DNA of 51,798 nucleotides, filler included, from Basidiobolus ranarum (Eukaryota): NCBI GenBank assembly GCA_040143965.1. It is 2 parts of 2 records of this genome, joined end to end, with 100 filler letters (N's around TTAATTAATTAA, not from the genome) between each part and the next. Parts side by side here need not be neighbours in the genome. Positions count along the whole stretch, not along the records: positions 1 to 25,903 come from JASJQH010007013.1; positions 26,004 to 51,798 come from JASJQH010007014.1. One strand, 5' to 3'. Shown piece by piece: positions 14,416 to 27,731 of this stretch (position 1 is its first letter; each line of letters starts with the position of its first letter). The notes under the pieces were generated by a model. It saw only the letters and a program-made list of their open reading frames with translations, ran no database searches and was not told where the DNA came from. The position numbers and the translations under genes were made by a program.

Positions 14416-17400
14416 TGTGTTTCCGGCTGAGACAATTACTTGACGTATGCACGCACAAGTGAATCAGAGTCAATGATACTCGGAGGTTATGGGTGTTAAT
14501 AAACAAAAGGCAAAACTGCTTCAAACCAAAGCTAATATGGAGGATTAGTTAGGGCAGGCAAGTCAAGAATTATGGTGGGGAGGCTAAATGGGAGCAAGAT
14601 GGATATTATAGAGAATTGAGAAGTGGGGTCTCGTGTTAAAATTCAGGGAGGAAGAAAGTAGGAAATAAAGGAAGAAAATTTTGGGGATAACGAGGAGACA
14701 TGGTGATATTAATATAATCATGAATTTCAGAGGTGCACAGAGGGATTTTACAAAATTAAGGCAAACAATCAGTTCTCCGATCTGAACCATGGTCATTCTC
14801 AACATTGGCAATTATAGATTTCACACATTGCACTGGTTCGATCGATATATGATTATCATTTGTAAATCAAGCGCCAAAAACAAGGCTTGGATCAATATAA
14901 ATATGGTTGCAGACAGATGGTTTTAGATTTAGCGGCTGCCGGTTGGCCAGACGGGATATTTGAAAACATAGATTTTCATTATGTCCATATTAATAAATGA
15001 CCCAAGGCAGTTACTAGCGCTTGTGTTGATCTGAACTCCAATACTAGCGATGGCCATACGTCCCAAAACCACAGCGCAAAGGCACTGGAGCTGTGCTTGG
15101 AGTCCAAAGCTAATGGCATTCCTGTCTGAGTTGGAGTAACATTTGCGAGTCTATAGAGTTAGAGCAATCCACATTCAAATAGAACTCGAGGTGCCACAGG
15201 CCAATCACCCGAACTCAATATACTGGCTTAATCCATTCATCTTCGTGGTGTCACCATCAAGAACAATTTGGCATTCAACGAGCCCCTTGGTACCCGCCAA
15301 TCGATAAACTTGAAGCAACGGCCAGCAAGAAGGCATTCTTCTGACTCCCAAATGTTACCCTGAGCCTTCTGTCGCAGCTAAGTGTTGGACGGCCATGTCG
15401 TACTGGATCCCATCATATTATTAATTTACCGATCACATTGCTTTAAGCTTTTTGACAGAACGGCTGATCCCTGAGAATATGAAGATATGATTGGTCCACT
15501 CCCAGCTAGGGTGTATTATATTTGTGCATTACTTCTAAATCCAATTGCACTGGTGCCAACTTAGTCCTCGTTAATCCGGTGAGCGAGAGAGCTGGGATTC
15601 GTTTAGGCATTCCTCCTCATCCATTAGCACCTGGGAATCTCCGTGCGCCCATTCCTTCACATACGAATACAGCAATGAAATAGGTCCAGGTGGTTGGCAA
15701 AGCCGGCTAGTGTGATTGCAATCCTCTAATATAGTTGGTTCTGACATGGTAGCAGCGTCTAGCAGTGTTAGGAAGAAGCGCATATAGTTAGTTGAAGCAG
15801 GATTCTTTTGTGTCGATATCCGAGTGATCCTGCAGGCGGCATTAAATTCAAGCTTCACTTAGCCAACCTTTGTTTCCTCGTCAGTTGGGCTCTCATACCG
15901 GATATATCCATCATTGAGAGATACTCAACGCATGTTTCCTACCAACCCTTTCCTATCTTGTTCCACCACGTTGCTGTTTTCTTGGAGGTGCTTGATTTGA
16001 GCTGAACATTTTGGTACTGGTCTGTGTCGCACTGAAGTGGCTTATTTTTCGCCATTGAGACATGTTATCCGATATTGAACAAGACGGTGTTTCCGTCGCA
16101 CAATGGATCAAGACCAATCAATGCCCACATTACAAGGATCGAGAATCTCATTGTACCATTGCATAAATCACCATTGCGGCTGTGCTGATGTTGCAATGAA
16201 AGCGATTATTATTTGGGGCATTTCTCTACAATATGCCTGGAGTGGATGCAGGAGATTGACAGAGCTTTCTAAACCGTGGTGATGCGTTTGCTCGCTCTGG
16301 AGGGTTTGATTCCGTAGCTGAGACGGATTTAAAGCTTTGATCTGTTACAGTCGTGTGTTGATCATTACTGGATGTTGATCTAACACTGTTGACACCTAAT
16401 GTACAGTATATGTGAGATGGTTGCATTCTGCCATAATGACTAAATGTGGTTTTGTTCAATTGCCATTCTAGCATCGATTAGGACAATAGTGGCTTGCTAA
16501 ATGCCCCTTAATTCACAGTCGGTGTAATTATCCCAAGTTGTCAGGGAATTCCGTAATTACAGTGCAATCATGATTTTGTCGATTAGTGAAAAGATAGCTA
16601 TTTGATTGGAGTTTCCGTGCCCGTGGCAATGAACCCAGTGGACCAGCAGCGTGTACCAAATGAGTTGGTGTATAATTAGTATCTGGAGGCCTGATTAACC
16701 TAATATCGAGACTGAAGGGCAATGGTTGAAGAGTTAGTGTTACGCTAACTATCATTTGCTAGTTAGCAATTCTCTCCAATAGGGTTCATTTTCCTGTCAA
16801 AAGGCTCGGGATGAGATGCTTCCAGTAAGCTGGTGGAGAATTTATGAGCTGATTGGCTACTGTATGGCGATGAACCATTATCGTCCAAACCAGATTGCCT
16901 TGTTCATGAAATCAGAGACTGTTGTTACATGAGAGTAAAACTGGATTCTTCTTGGCTGCATCTTTTATATTCGAGATTTCCCCCAATGCGGTGTTCCAAG
17001 AATCTCATATTGGTGGTACATGTATATCCTTAGAAGGTTAGGGAGGGGACTCCCCTACCTTTATATTGACGGTTTCAGGTAGAAAATACCAAATCTTGAT
17101 TACATTGGATTGAGTCATCTTTACAACATTTGGGATTCGTATTGGCCAGCAACCACCTTAAACTGGCCATCAAATTCCATTCTTCGCACACGTTGGTTCG
17201 TTGCGCATCGATCCAAGTCGTGCCAAGGGTGTGCAAACAGGAAGGCATGTCAACATAGCTTGGCTTTTCAGCCTAAGCCAGATGATGATAGGACAGTACG
17301 GAGGACGCTGTATATTCAAACGGGTTAGATATTAAGCACTAATGCAAGCGTCCATTAGCTGGATCTATGACGGTGAATGCAATTGATACAATAAATTGCC

Positions 17401-17735
17401 TATTTTCTGACGCCAAGATCATTTGGTCATATTTTTCTCTCAAGTGAAAGGTATGAGATGAATTAGAGCATGTCTGTTACCAACTGAGAATACCAACAGC
17501 AAATCTAAGCCCAGTGGTTTATTGTTTTGACACGGTTTCTTAATAAAAACCACAAATGACATTGGATCTTATGTTAAGGTGAGCCCTTTAATGCTAGTCT
17601 TCGACTTGGTTGGCTGGCGAGCATATATGTAAGTATACATGCTCTTATTGTTAAATATGAGCTATTCATAGGTTTTCTTACTTTCGACATCCTATATAAC
17701 CTATACCCCCACCTTGGACAACGCGAAATTTGGCA

Positions 17736-18320
17736 ATGCTTACACCCTCTTATGGTCGTTTAGATTCTGTTGGTAACTCTCTTGAATCTGCCCCTATTTC
17801 TGATAGCGCTCGTGTAGCACACAGCGAATTGAAATTCACAATATCGAAGAGCAGAAAGGAAATTCTGGTATTCGATGACCGTCACCAAACCATCTACGTA
17901 ATCAACAAGCGCACCGATTTTCTATTCAATCGAATTATCCTGTTGAAAGAAAGTACAACGAATGAGGTACTCTATAAGGCCAAGACGCATAGGAAACTGG
18001 GCTACATCAAGATATCCAGTGAGGAGTACAACGTACGCCATTTGAGCCTGCCCTATCCTAAGTTCGGGTTTGAGATGTATCAACTCAACCTTGACAAACA
18101 ATCATTCTTATGGGTATTTAGGCAGAGTGAATACCTGAAGTGCTACAAAGTGCCCAGTCATGAGGTTATCGCACAATACGTATATGTTGATGATAAGACC
18201 CAAGTTGGCCAATTGTTGATAGCTAAAGAGGGGATGGAGCCTAAGTGGCGCGCTCTACTCGTTATCACCTGCTTAATCATAACTCGACACAATCTGTGCT
18301 GTTCTAGGAAATTGATTTGA
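17736..18320 (+). CDS. Uncharacterised intronless 194-aa protein, possibly a tubby-C/LURP-one/DUF6593-like beta-barrel
   Basis: Long clean ORF with alternating short beta-strand patterns, an F.W motif, LKCY...EVIAQY and G.L.I, ending in a hydrophobic helix (RALLVITCLII) as in tubby-C-like folds. Confidence 0.6.
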   Translation: MLTPSYGRLDSVGNSLESAPISDSARVAHSELKFTISKSRKEILVFDDRHQTIYVINKRTDFLFNRIILLKESTTNEVLYKAKTHRKLGYIKISSEEYNVRHLSLPYPKFGFEMYQLNLDKQSFLWVFRQSEYLKCYKVPSHEVIAQYVYVDDKTQVGQLLIAKEGMEPKWRALLVITCLIITRHNLCCSRKLI

Positions 18321-19669
18321 AGTTTGTTCGAAAACTTCATGTTGACATACAACTAAGCTGGCATAGACTGATGATGAATAACACGTCTAATGCGTTGGAT
18401 CGAACTATAATACCGCTGTGAATCGTTTTTTGTATGTGAACTCTGCATAGTTACGAAATTGCCTCATCGATTAGTCATCCACTTATATCCATACTTTATG
18501 CCAACTCTGTTCACAAAAACCCTTTTCAATAAAGTTGCGCTTTGTAACAGAATGGTATAGAGAGTATATCAATTTGTTTAATGGATTCATTTTCCACACC
18601 AAAGACGGCACAATGGGAAGAACTACTACAGGTTAAATAAGGAAGGAGGCATCTTATCTGAAACTCACTAACACATGAATCAAAGGAAATATATTATGGG
18701 ATTTCCGAGTCCCATGCATGACTTTAAAACCATGCACTTAGAGATCATCGGATTAGAACAAGGGGGCACATAGTTAAACTAAGAAACTGATCATCTATCT
18801 CTGAAGTCACAATGTGAAGAAGTAATAATTAAATAAGCTGAAGGACAGTTACCATTGAAACGCGGTATTTACTCGTTTCAACACTCATTAAATCAGATTT
18901 TCTACAATCAGTACATGTATTTCTATGGTTATTGCTTAATAAAAGGGGTAAATATGATAAATGCATGTTTGCTCTGGTCTAAGAGTAAGGCCATACTTAG
19001 AGCATAGTTTATACCTGAATGAGCTCTTGGATTTCAACAATATATGAAGCCTGAAGCACTTTCATTTCAGCACAACTCAATTGTCATATATGCAGGCACA
19101 TGGATATATTACTGGAATTTAGATAATATCTCTACTCGGCCTTTTGATATCTAGCGTTTCCGATTCTACCTAAGCTGCTTACTCTATGTATTTGGAGCTG
19201 TGCGTCGTACTGCCCTACCACATTTGAAAGGATCAGGCATGTCCTAAATGTCAACTTCATTGATTTCAAATGAAGTTCATTGACATGAAACGTTGTTTGA
19301 ACTGACACTAAAAACACTGTTGTTGAAGTCAGCTTCGCCTTAATTCACTGATCAGGCTGAGCAACTTAGGATAACTCTTAGGTTTATTTCCTTTGTGTGT
19401 ACATGTATGCATATGATTGTGAGAGTATTGCTAATAATCGCGAATACTAACGGGTAGTTACCTGCACTCAAACAACCATAACTTGATTCATTGTTGTAAT
19501 AGTAATTATATAGTCATCATTGTCATTTAATTCGCTTGATTATTAAGGGGCTAATTACTCATACAAGTCACATTGTACTAACGAAGTCACGGCCTTCCAA
19601 CTGTTTATCTCATATCACTTTGCTATCATACTTTTTCACCTTTCTATTATCAAACAAGTCTCATAAAAT

Positions 19670-20780
19670 ATGGCTGACAGTTCAGAGCTTTTCGAGTCGT
19701 ATGAACAAGAATATACTACCTTGAGCATTGCTATTTCAAAGAAACTTAATGCAGTCATTCCAGGGTTAATTGGAGGTAATTTTTGCTGGAAGATGTTTTT
19801 TATATTACACTAACCTACAAAAAGCATCTGATGGACATAAATCTCTAATCCAATTTTTTATTCATTCTTTATATAGAGGAAAGAAAAGCTAGTATTAGAG
19901 CCACTGAGCGCGAGTTGGAAGAGGCAGATGAAATTGTTAGTTCTTATTTATAGAGTTAACAATACTCAACGGAAAAGGGAGTATAACTTGAAAGTAATCT
20001 TACAATTTATCATAAATATACTAGGTAGAGCAAATGGAAATGGAGATATTCAACCTTCCTCAAGCTTCACGAACTCGCTTTCAGGCTCGTCTAAGAGGCT
20101 ATAAAAGCGAGTTGGGCAACTTGAAACGAGACCTTGTACGTGGTATTTTATCTATCCTCTGCCAGACAAGCTCTAATATATTGTTTCTAATAAACAAATA
20201 TCGCATAGAAACGTATACTATCCTCTTCGGGTGAACGTGAGGAATTACTCTCTGGACATGCTACTTTGGATTTGGATTCCGCCAGTATGGATCAGAGAGC
20301 CCGACTACTTAGCGGTACGGAAAGACTTACTGATTCTTCCCGTCGACTTCAAGACTCCCACAGACTAGCCCTTGAAACAGGTATGTCTTCTTTTTATAAC
20401 ATCCAACATCCGGATTAGCACTAACACATATTAAAGAATCTCTTGGTGTGGGCATCTTGAGTGATTTACGAGGCCAGAGAGAGCAGATTCAGCATACGAG
20501 AGACACAGTTAGTATTACCAAAGTACGAATTAAGCATAGTGGATATTGAAGTACTAACAATAATTTAGTTATTCGAAGCGGATTCATCAATTGATCGTGC
20601 AAGTAGAACACTAAAGACAATGACACGTCGGTAAGGTAATGAATGATTTATATCAGTGAATTCATTGAACTAATTGTTTCTTCTCAAAGAATGATGACGA
20701 ATAGACTTTTAACAGCAGCTATTATTGTCATACTTGTATTGATAATTGGATTTATAGTTTACATGAAGTTTTTCTACTGA
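19670..20780 (+). CDS. VTI1: Qb-SNARE Vti1; 7 exons
   Basis: Spliced protein MADSSELFESYEQEY...ELEEADEIVEQMEME...DQRARLLSGTERLTDSSRRLQDSHRLALETESLGVGILSDLRGQREQI...ASRTLKTMTRRMMTNRLLTAAIIVILVLIIGFIVYMKFFY, with a C-terminal TM anchor. All introns are GT-AG. Confidence 0.95.
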
Positions 20781-22063
20781 ACCCCTCTCAACCTTCTTGT
20801 CGTTGGACATTTAACTACCTTGTAACTTTTCAAGGTGGCCCTTAATTAATCATATAATTAACAAAGAATAGCTTTGTCGAGCATTACAGCTTGCCCATAA
20901 TAATACTTTGATGAATAAAATATTCTTTCAATAAATATATATGATTTACATTCACTTTATGCGTACGCTTCTCAGCCCATTCCAAGACATGTCAAGGTAA
21001 TGATTTAGACTGACTATTGAAATACTTCTAATGCTTCTTGATGTTAGCTCGTTATAACCGTCATAATAAATAGTCACAATGCTAAATTTTGTTGAATTGA
21101 TAAGAGGACACTGTACAATATTGTACATAGCAAGAACGCACCATCAGCCAGTTTCTAAAATTCGATGCACGTGTCAAATCACAGTACATTCCTAGCTTGG
21201 ATTATATGGAAATTCACCAAGTGCCGAATTCCTACGGATATGGCACTGAATCAAGCAATTGATTCCGTAGCCAGTTTATAAGATCTTGGGCGATCTATTA
21301 ACAAGGAAAACTACTGCCAAAAGAATATTCACTGCATTTGTTTGGTTGATATTCATTAGAATAAGTGTATATCTACTGCTCTCCGTGTACAAGTTACATT
21401 TCTTTGAAGCACAGGGAATAGGCACCCCGTCCACCCAATAAAACAATATATATATGACAGAGATTACGTGAGCATTACTTGTGTATACATTCCATTATCC
21501 AAAACCTCTCAGATCCCCCCCCCAGCGTCTATCTGGGAAACATCTCTTACTCTGGTTGATATCTCGGGTAAGTTTGACTCTCCTGTAAATTGTTTGCAAT
21601 TACGTTATTTCATGCAGCTCCTTATTTCTCAACCGCTGAAAACTGGAAATTCCTGGATCGGATAATCTCCCACTTAGATGTAATCAAGCACTGAATAAAA
21701 AATTTGCAACCCTGTATCAGTCTTTTCTGTTGGTTACTCGATTGAATCATCATGTCAAAATGATGGAGAAGTTCAGATTGCCGCAGCAGTGAATGGTGTT
21801 CATAGTCTAATTTCGTTGAAGAAACTCCAGAATGCTCTCAAAATTATCGAAATGTGGATGAGCAAAAGGGTAAAAAAAGGTTGTGGTACCTCTGAAACAC
21901 TAGAAATTTTTCTTGAGTTGTTGTTGTTTTGAACTTGAGAATCAGCAATATCCAATCATAACCAACCGTGAATGTGAATTTTACAGAAGAAAGATATAAA
22001 GCTTTGATATCCTTGATAATATATTTTTCTGTTAGTGTATATCATTTGATTTTCATCGCAAGA

Positions 22064-23179
22064 ATGTCCGCTACCACCCCAAATCCAAATGATACCGTCG
22101 AAGTCCAAGACAAGACGACTCAGCAATCCCCCGCTAACGAACCAGTTGACGATGTAAAAATCCCAAAGGAAACTGCAAAACCTAATACTCCCTTAGTAGA
22201 GGAAGAGGAGGAACCTTTACTTAAGCCAAATCCTAGACGTTTTGTTCTTTTCCCTATTCGTTATCATGATGTCTGGCAGATGTACAAAAAAGCAGAGGCC
22301 TCTATCTGGACTGCCGAGGAAGTAGATCTCTCGAAAGATATGAACGATTGGGAAAAACTCAACGATGGCGAACGTCACTTTATTTCACACGTTCTCGCTT
22401 TCTTCGCCGCCTCTGATGGTATTGTCAATGAAAATTTGGTAGAGAGATTTAGTGACGAGGTTCAAATTCCCGAAGCTCGATTCTTCTATGGTTTCCAAAT
22501 CATGATCGAGAACATCCACTCGGAAATGTATTCCTTACTAATTGATACCTATATCAAAGAGCCCCAGGAGCGTGATAAGTTGTTTAACGCCATTGAAACT
22601 ATCCCTTGCATCAAAAGGAAGGCTGACTGGGCTTTAAAGTGGATCTCCGATCGTGATTCCACTTTTGCTATGCGTTTAGTCGCTTTTGCTGCTGTCGAAG
22701 GAATCTTTTTCTCAGGTTCTTTCGCCTCTATATTTTGGATGAAAAAACGTGGTCTTATGCCCGGACTTACATTCTCGAATGAACTGATTTCTCGTGATGA
22801 AGGTCTCCACACTGACTTTGCCTGCTTGTTATTCTCTCTTCTCCGTAAGAGACCTAGCGTAGAGCAAGTTACAGCCATTATCACCGAAGCTGTAACGATC
22901 GAGCAGGAGTTCTTAACTGACGCTTTACCCGTTGCTCTAATTGGCATGAACGCCAAGCTCATGGGACAATATATTGAATTTGTTGCTGATAGATTGCTAG
23001 TAGCATTAAGTTGTCCCAAGGTTTACAATGTGGAAAATCCATTTGATTTCATGGATCTTATTTCACTTCAAGGCAAAACCAATTTCTTTGAAAAGCGTGT
23101 ATCAGATTACCAGAAGTCCGGAGTTATGAATTCATCCAAGGGCGAGGATGGCGCGTTTACCCTTGACGCTGACTTCTAA
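22064..23179 (+). CDS. RNR2: Ribonucleotide reductase small (R2) subunit, intronless
   Basis: Motifs [56 protein letters not shown] and C-terminal FTLDADF. Probable start is the ATG at 22064 (MSATTP). Confidence 0.97.
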   Translation: MSATTPNPNDTVEVQDKTTQQSPANEPVDDVKIPKETAKPNTPLVEEEEEPLLKPNPRRFVLFPIRYHDVWQMYKKAEASIWTAEEVDLSKDMNDWEKLNDGERHFISHVLAFFAASDGIVNENLVERFSDEVQIPEARFFYGFQIMIENIHSEMYSLLIDTYIKEPQERDKLFNAIETIPCIKRKADWALKWISDRDSTFAMRLVAFAAVEGIFFSGSFASIFWMKKRGLMPGLTFSNELISRDEGLHTDFACLLFSLLRKRPSVEQVTAIITEAVTIEQEFLTDALPVALIGMNAKLMGQYIEFVADRLLVALSCPKVYNVENPFDFMDLISLQGKTNFFEKRVSDYQKSGVMNSSKGEDGAFTLDADF

Positions 23180-25903
23180 AAGGTGTTGCTATTTAGACAT
23201 TGTGAATATTATCGATTCACTTCTTTGTTTGAAGCGCATATATTTTTATTATTATTCGCTTACATCTATACAGGTTATCGTTATTATTACATTCATCTTT
23301 TTGATTACTTGATTTTCCTGTAAATAATTTTCATTCTCAATAAACATTTCTCAACATAATCGAATTTAAAGAAAAAACCTCTAATTCCGAAAAATCCAGG
23401 GTTTTCTGGAAATTCTAAAAAACACCTTCCAATTAGAAACTTCTCGACATTTACCCCAACAAACTATACCTTTGATAAAATGTACCACCTCTATTCCCAT
23501 CTTTTTCTATGGCTTTCAGCAACCTGTACCCTTGTTTTGGCGAGCTTGTGTGTAAGCAAATTCTATATCTCACCGTTGTGGTGTTGAAATGGGCTTTCCA
23601 GTCACCCTTCACTGTCATACAAGGTATGTAAATTGAGGTGGCAATTCTCTGTGAACATTATTAGATTTAAAATTACCATTTCCATATGCAATATGATAAT
23701 TCCATGGATATAGAATGAAAGCAATGAATGAGATATAGAAGATTGATGGTTTTCACTCCTAAGATGCTCTGGATAAAATGATTATGATTACTTTTGTAAA
23801 TCTCTCTGGCTTCAAAATAACCAATTTCATAGTAAAGTCTTGAAACCATACAACTGCTACTAAGTTAGATTAGTCTACTACAGATTAATGAGCTTAGACC
23901 ATCACTTTAGATGCATTATATCGACAAAGAAAGGGCACTTTTGAGGAATGAGATTACAGTACACACGAAGCATGGAAAATCAATTTGATTTTGTGTGATT
24001 AGCAAATTGACTATTTTGTAGGTTTACGTGCATTTCTATGTATCAAATAAAAGCATTATACTCTCGCATTAAGAGATACGGTTTTGGATAAAATGTATCT
24101 CTAACTTCAACAATATTTGATTAGCTTCAAGTGGCCACATCATGAATTCAATATGAACAGAATGTTGAAAGTGCTTATGGAGAAAGGTTGGTCTGGCCAG
24201 GATTCACGTGTAGTAGTTGAGTTTACTCAGTTAAAGACTCTTGAATTGAAAGGTTGTTCAACAACAGGTGTATCGTATGTAGTGAAAAGCGTATATAACT
24301 CTGATCTAACTGGTTACGGTTGAGTTATTCACGCCTACATTAACGATTTTGAAGCTGTTATTACTAAGAGCATCATAAAACATTGGGATGTTTGATAAAA
24401 GAATTCAAACTATCACGAATGGTAATAGAATTTTCTCATTTGGGCCTGTACACATGCTGTTTCAGTTCATTATCTATTTTAACGGGTCCATAGCTGTTGT
24501 TGAAGTGCGATGAAGGCGCTCTTCATTGTCTCCTGTATCATCAACTGTTTATTTAATTCTTGAATTAGCTTCGAGTCCGATCTAGCTTTTGCCCTTGTGA
24601 ATTCTCATAAAAACGTTAGCTAGTCTGGTCAGAGTATTCATTGTATAAACCAGAATTATGACTCACTCGCTTCTCAAGAACTCAAGAATGCTACATGGTC
24701 CAAGATCTATGAACGTCATTCTAGACCTATCTCTTGCCAAAGCTAATCATATATATTGTATACTAGATGCCAATTCCTAATGAATCTCGCTACCAATCAG
24801 AAAATTGTTTTTATCGTATATGGTCATAATATACGAGGAAGGTCCAAATATGTCTGAAATTTGGTATATATGCTCTTTATGTGGAGACAGGTACTAATTG
24901 AAAATCTACACTTTATTAGGCATGACATACTCCGATACCCTATCCCTACATTGAACTAAGACTGGCCTGAAGAGTAGATAACTCAATAGCTTATCCTTTC
25001 GACCTCGGGTGAACGCTTCTCCTGTTTGGTTCTACAGCTACTTTTTGCACCCTCGTTAGGTCCACTTCGAGTTATGAACTGTTTGCACTCCTAAGGTACG
25101 CATTAATACTTGTTGAAGCGCAATATCTCACCCATAACCTATGTTACCTCTGAGAATGATCCATTGAAGCTCGGTTTTTATGTATAATTCCCACCTTAGG
25201 CCACTATTTTGATCGAAACCACGAATCGTGAAGAAGTTAACTCCTTGTGTAAGGTAGGACATGATGCACTCTGATGAGGACAAGAGCCCCGAATGAATGA
25301 CGTACATCAATACCACATGGTGAAACAGATTGTAGAGAGCGAGAAAGATTCGATGATTACGATTTCGAGCTCCTCGATCTTTACTTGTGGAACTCACAGA
25401 TCCAGCTTTGACTCAAAACACTCCATAACTCCAGCATTCCCATTAATAACCAGGTGATATTTATCCTATTTCAACCCGATTAGACTAGTTTACGATATCG
25501 AATTGCCGATGCAGAGAGTACATTATACTTTCTTAGTGTAAACAGTCAACTTATATATACCAAAAACCGGATAAGGCTGCCCTGCGGACATCCAATAGAA
25601 GTTTTAGAACAGTGAAAATCGTGCTCATTTGCCAAGATTCAGTTGAGTTTAAAGTAAAAGTCATCTGCTTATCTTGATCCCCTCCAAAGCCTGTTTCCTT
25701 ATTGGTATTATTTTTAGATAAAAGTAAGAATGCTGTTAAATCTGGAAGTGCATCGTAGGATGCTTACTTAGGAGTCGTTACTTTAAATCCAGCAGTTCTC
25801 CCCTTATGGCATGCTTGTAGCCAATATCAATGCCCTATTCCATAGCAAGTGGTGATGTGTTTTATTGGAATATTGGTATTTGATTTGACGATAGAAGATG
25901 GTA

Positions 25904-26003
25904 NNNNNNNNNNNNNNNNNNNNNNNNNNNNNNNNNNNNNNNNNNNNTTAATTAATTAANNNNNNNNNNNNNNNNNNNNNNNNNNNNNNNNNNNNNNNNN
26001 NNN
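25904..26003. other. Assembly gap with a synthetic all-frame stop linker
   Basis: 44 N + TTAATTAATTAA + 44 N, exactly 100 bp. Confidence 0.95.
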
Positions 26004-27278
26004 CCAAAGAACATGACTTCCATATAAGGTAATCTGGATGAACTGACACCAGATTGCCGAGAAGGGATGGCACAGTAGATATGATGTCATAATCTAATAA
26101 TAGAAGAGTTCCATATGCAGTGGATCAGTATGCCAAGATCAGAATCATGACACATATTAGGTTTGGGGTTAGTTTGATCGATCAGTGCAACCATTTGGTC
26201 ATTCTTGGTTATTAAAGCAAGTAAATGGTAGACATATATGGTACTCAAGAATCTTTATCATTATAAATGCTTGTTTGTTACTTGGTTACTGGCTATACTT
26301 CATACATACTTCTTAATTGCTTTTTTATACTCCAAAAGTTGCATCCACTATCACTGCTTTCGTAGCAGCTATGACCATAGTCTCCGTCTCTTTACCATTC
26401 GTAACCAATATCGAGAGAAGTTCCTTCATCATCTACCTTAGTGCTGCCTCTCACTTCATCTACATCTTATCGATTCGAAACTGTATGTTGTATCTTGTTG
26501 TATGTGTCACCTGACATTCGATAAATCATATTTTTAATATTCAGTTGAATCTTTGCCGCATCTTCTTGCTTGGATGATTTGAACTTCCTGACAAGTTGGC
26601 CACCTTCTGGATTATGTCTTAGGCTGGAATCAGTGTTGGACATGGAAGAACTTGCGATGTTACTGCCTGTCACCTGATAAGGGGTGGACTGTAACCGATT
26701 TTCAGCAGTAGACGTAGCAATGAGGAGTGTGCTGATGGATGGTAAGTAGTGCATACATTGCAAGCGTTGGATAACTATTTCTCAATCGAATCTGCACACT
26801 TATACAAGTTTATGGTTGAAGGTTTATTTAACTTTGATCTTGGCCAATATATATCTTACTAGTAAATCACACTAGTATCTTAGGTAAAGTATATCTTACT
26901 ACTCTTTATACAAGCTACTAGTATATTTCTTGTTAATAATTACTGCTCATGAAAACAATCAAGATGATGTCTAATTAGATAACATATAGATGTCTAAAAC
27001 AGCGTACTTTGTTAGTATTAAGTTACTACGCATCTGATGATAGTCTTCAACTTCATTGAAACTGAAATACCAAAAAGTTGAATGTTGCAAAAGGCATGGG
27101 CTGTGTAGATTCAGTACCTTGTTAGTTGTTTTTTAGGCCAGTGTTCACTATATGTAGCTAGTTTTGTTCTCTGTAGCTTGTATAACTTACTGTTCATTTA
27201 TCTATTAAGTAATAGACGTATGGTTAAAACAGCTGTGGTTTATTTTCGAAATTTCAATACAATATGGAATAATGATCC

Positions 27279-27731
27279 TTAAGGAAGAAATTCTTCTGGT
27301 GAGATATTTCCGGGAGTTTTCCCGCTCATTTTTCTGAAGTTAATAGAATAGGTGTTGTCCTTGGAAGTAACATGCTGGTATCTAAGGCCATCCAATTTTC
27401 CTGCTTCCCGAAGCTTCTCCCAGTCTGCCCCATTGATTCGGATCCATGTGCTAGCTCCACAACAGTTATATTTGTAGTCACGGGTGATCACTCCAGAGGA
27501 AAAGGTAATCAAGGCGCATTCTTGCTCATAGATAGCATTGAGAACAGTTGCCGCACCAGCATTAATGGTTTTTATACAATCAGGAGCGTATGCTTGAAGA
27601 GGATCCTGAACCTCAGCTGGCTCCAAGAATTGAATAGGATTCTGCACCTTCAGAATCTCTTGACTACCGAAGCGTTGTCCTAAAGATGCAGCTGAGGCAA
27701 GTGAGACAAAGAGAAGAAATGTGGACTTCAT
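27279..27731 (-). CDS. Small secreted protein of unknown function (150 aa, 4 Cys)
   Basis: Signal peptide MKSTFLLFVSLASA. Intronless ORF with a globular-looking C-terminal domain containing C, C and CC. Confidence 0.8.
   Translation of the reverse strand: MKSTFLLFVSLASAASLGQRFGSQEILKVQNPIQFLEPAEVQDPLQAYAPDCIKTINAGAATVLNAIYEQECALITFSSGVITRDYKYNCCGASTWIRINGADWEKLREAGKLDGLRYQHVTSKDNTYSINFRKMSGKTPGNISPEEFLP

Noticed and set aside
21968..22063. N-terminal extension of RNR2 from a GTG start
   Set aside because: Non-ATG start in AT-rich UTR-like sequence. The ATG at 22064 gives a normal R2 protein.
22549..23019. Long antisense ORFs over RNR2, and likewise over the ATPase, MFS and Cys-rich genes
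   Set aside because: Shadows of codon bias on the true coding strand.
25948..25959. TTAATTAATTAA palindrome inside the N run
   Set aside because: Synthetic all-frame stop linker placed symmetrically in a 100-bp gap. It is not biological, and adjacency across the gap is uncertain.
26004..26763. Broken protein-like frames after the gap, including ORF 26467-26763
   Set aside because: May be a decayed gene, but no motif could be supported.
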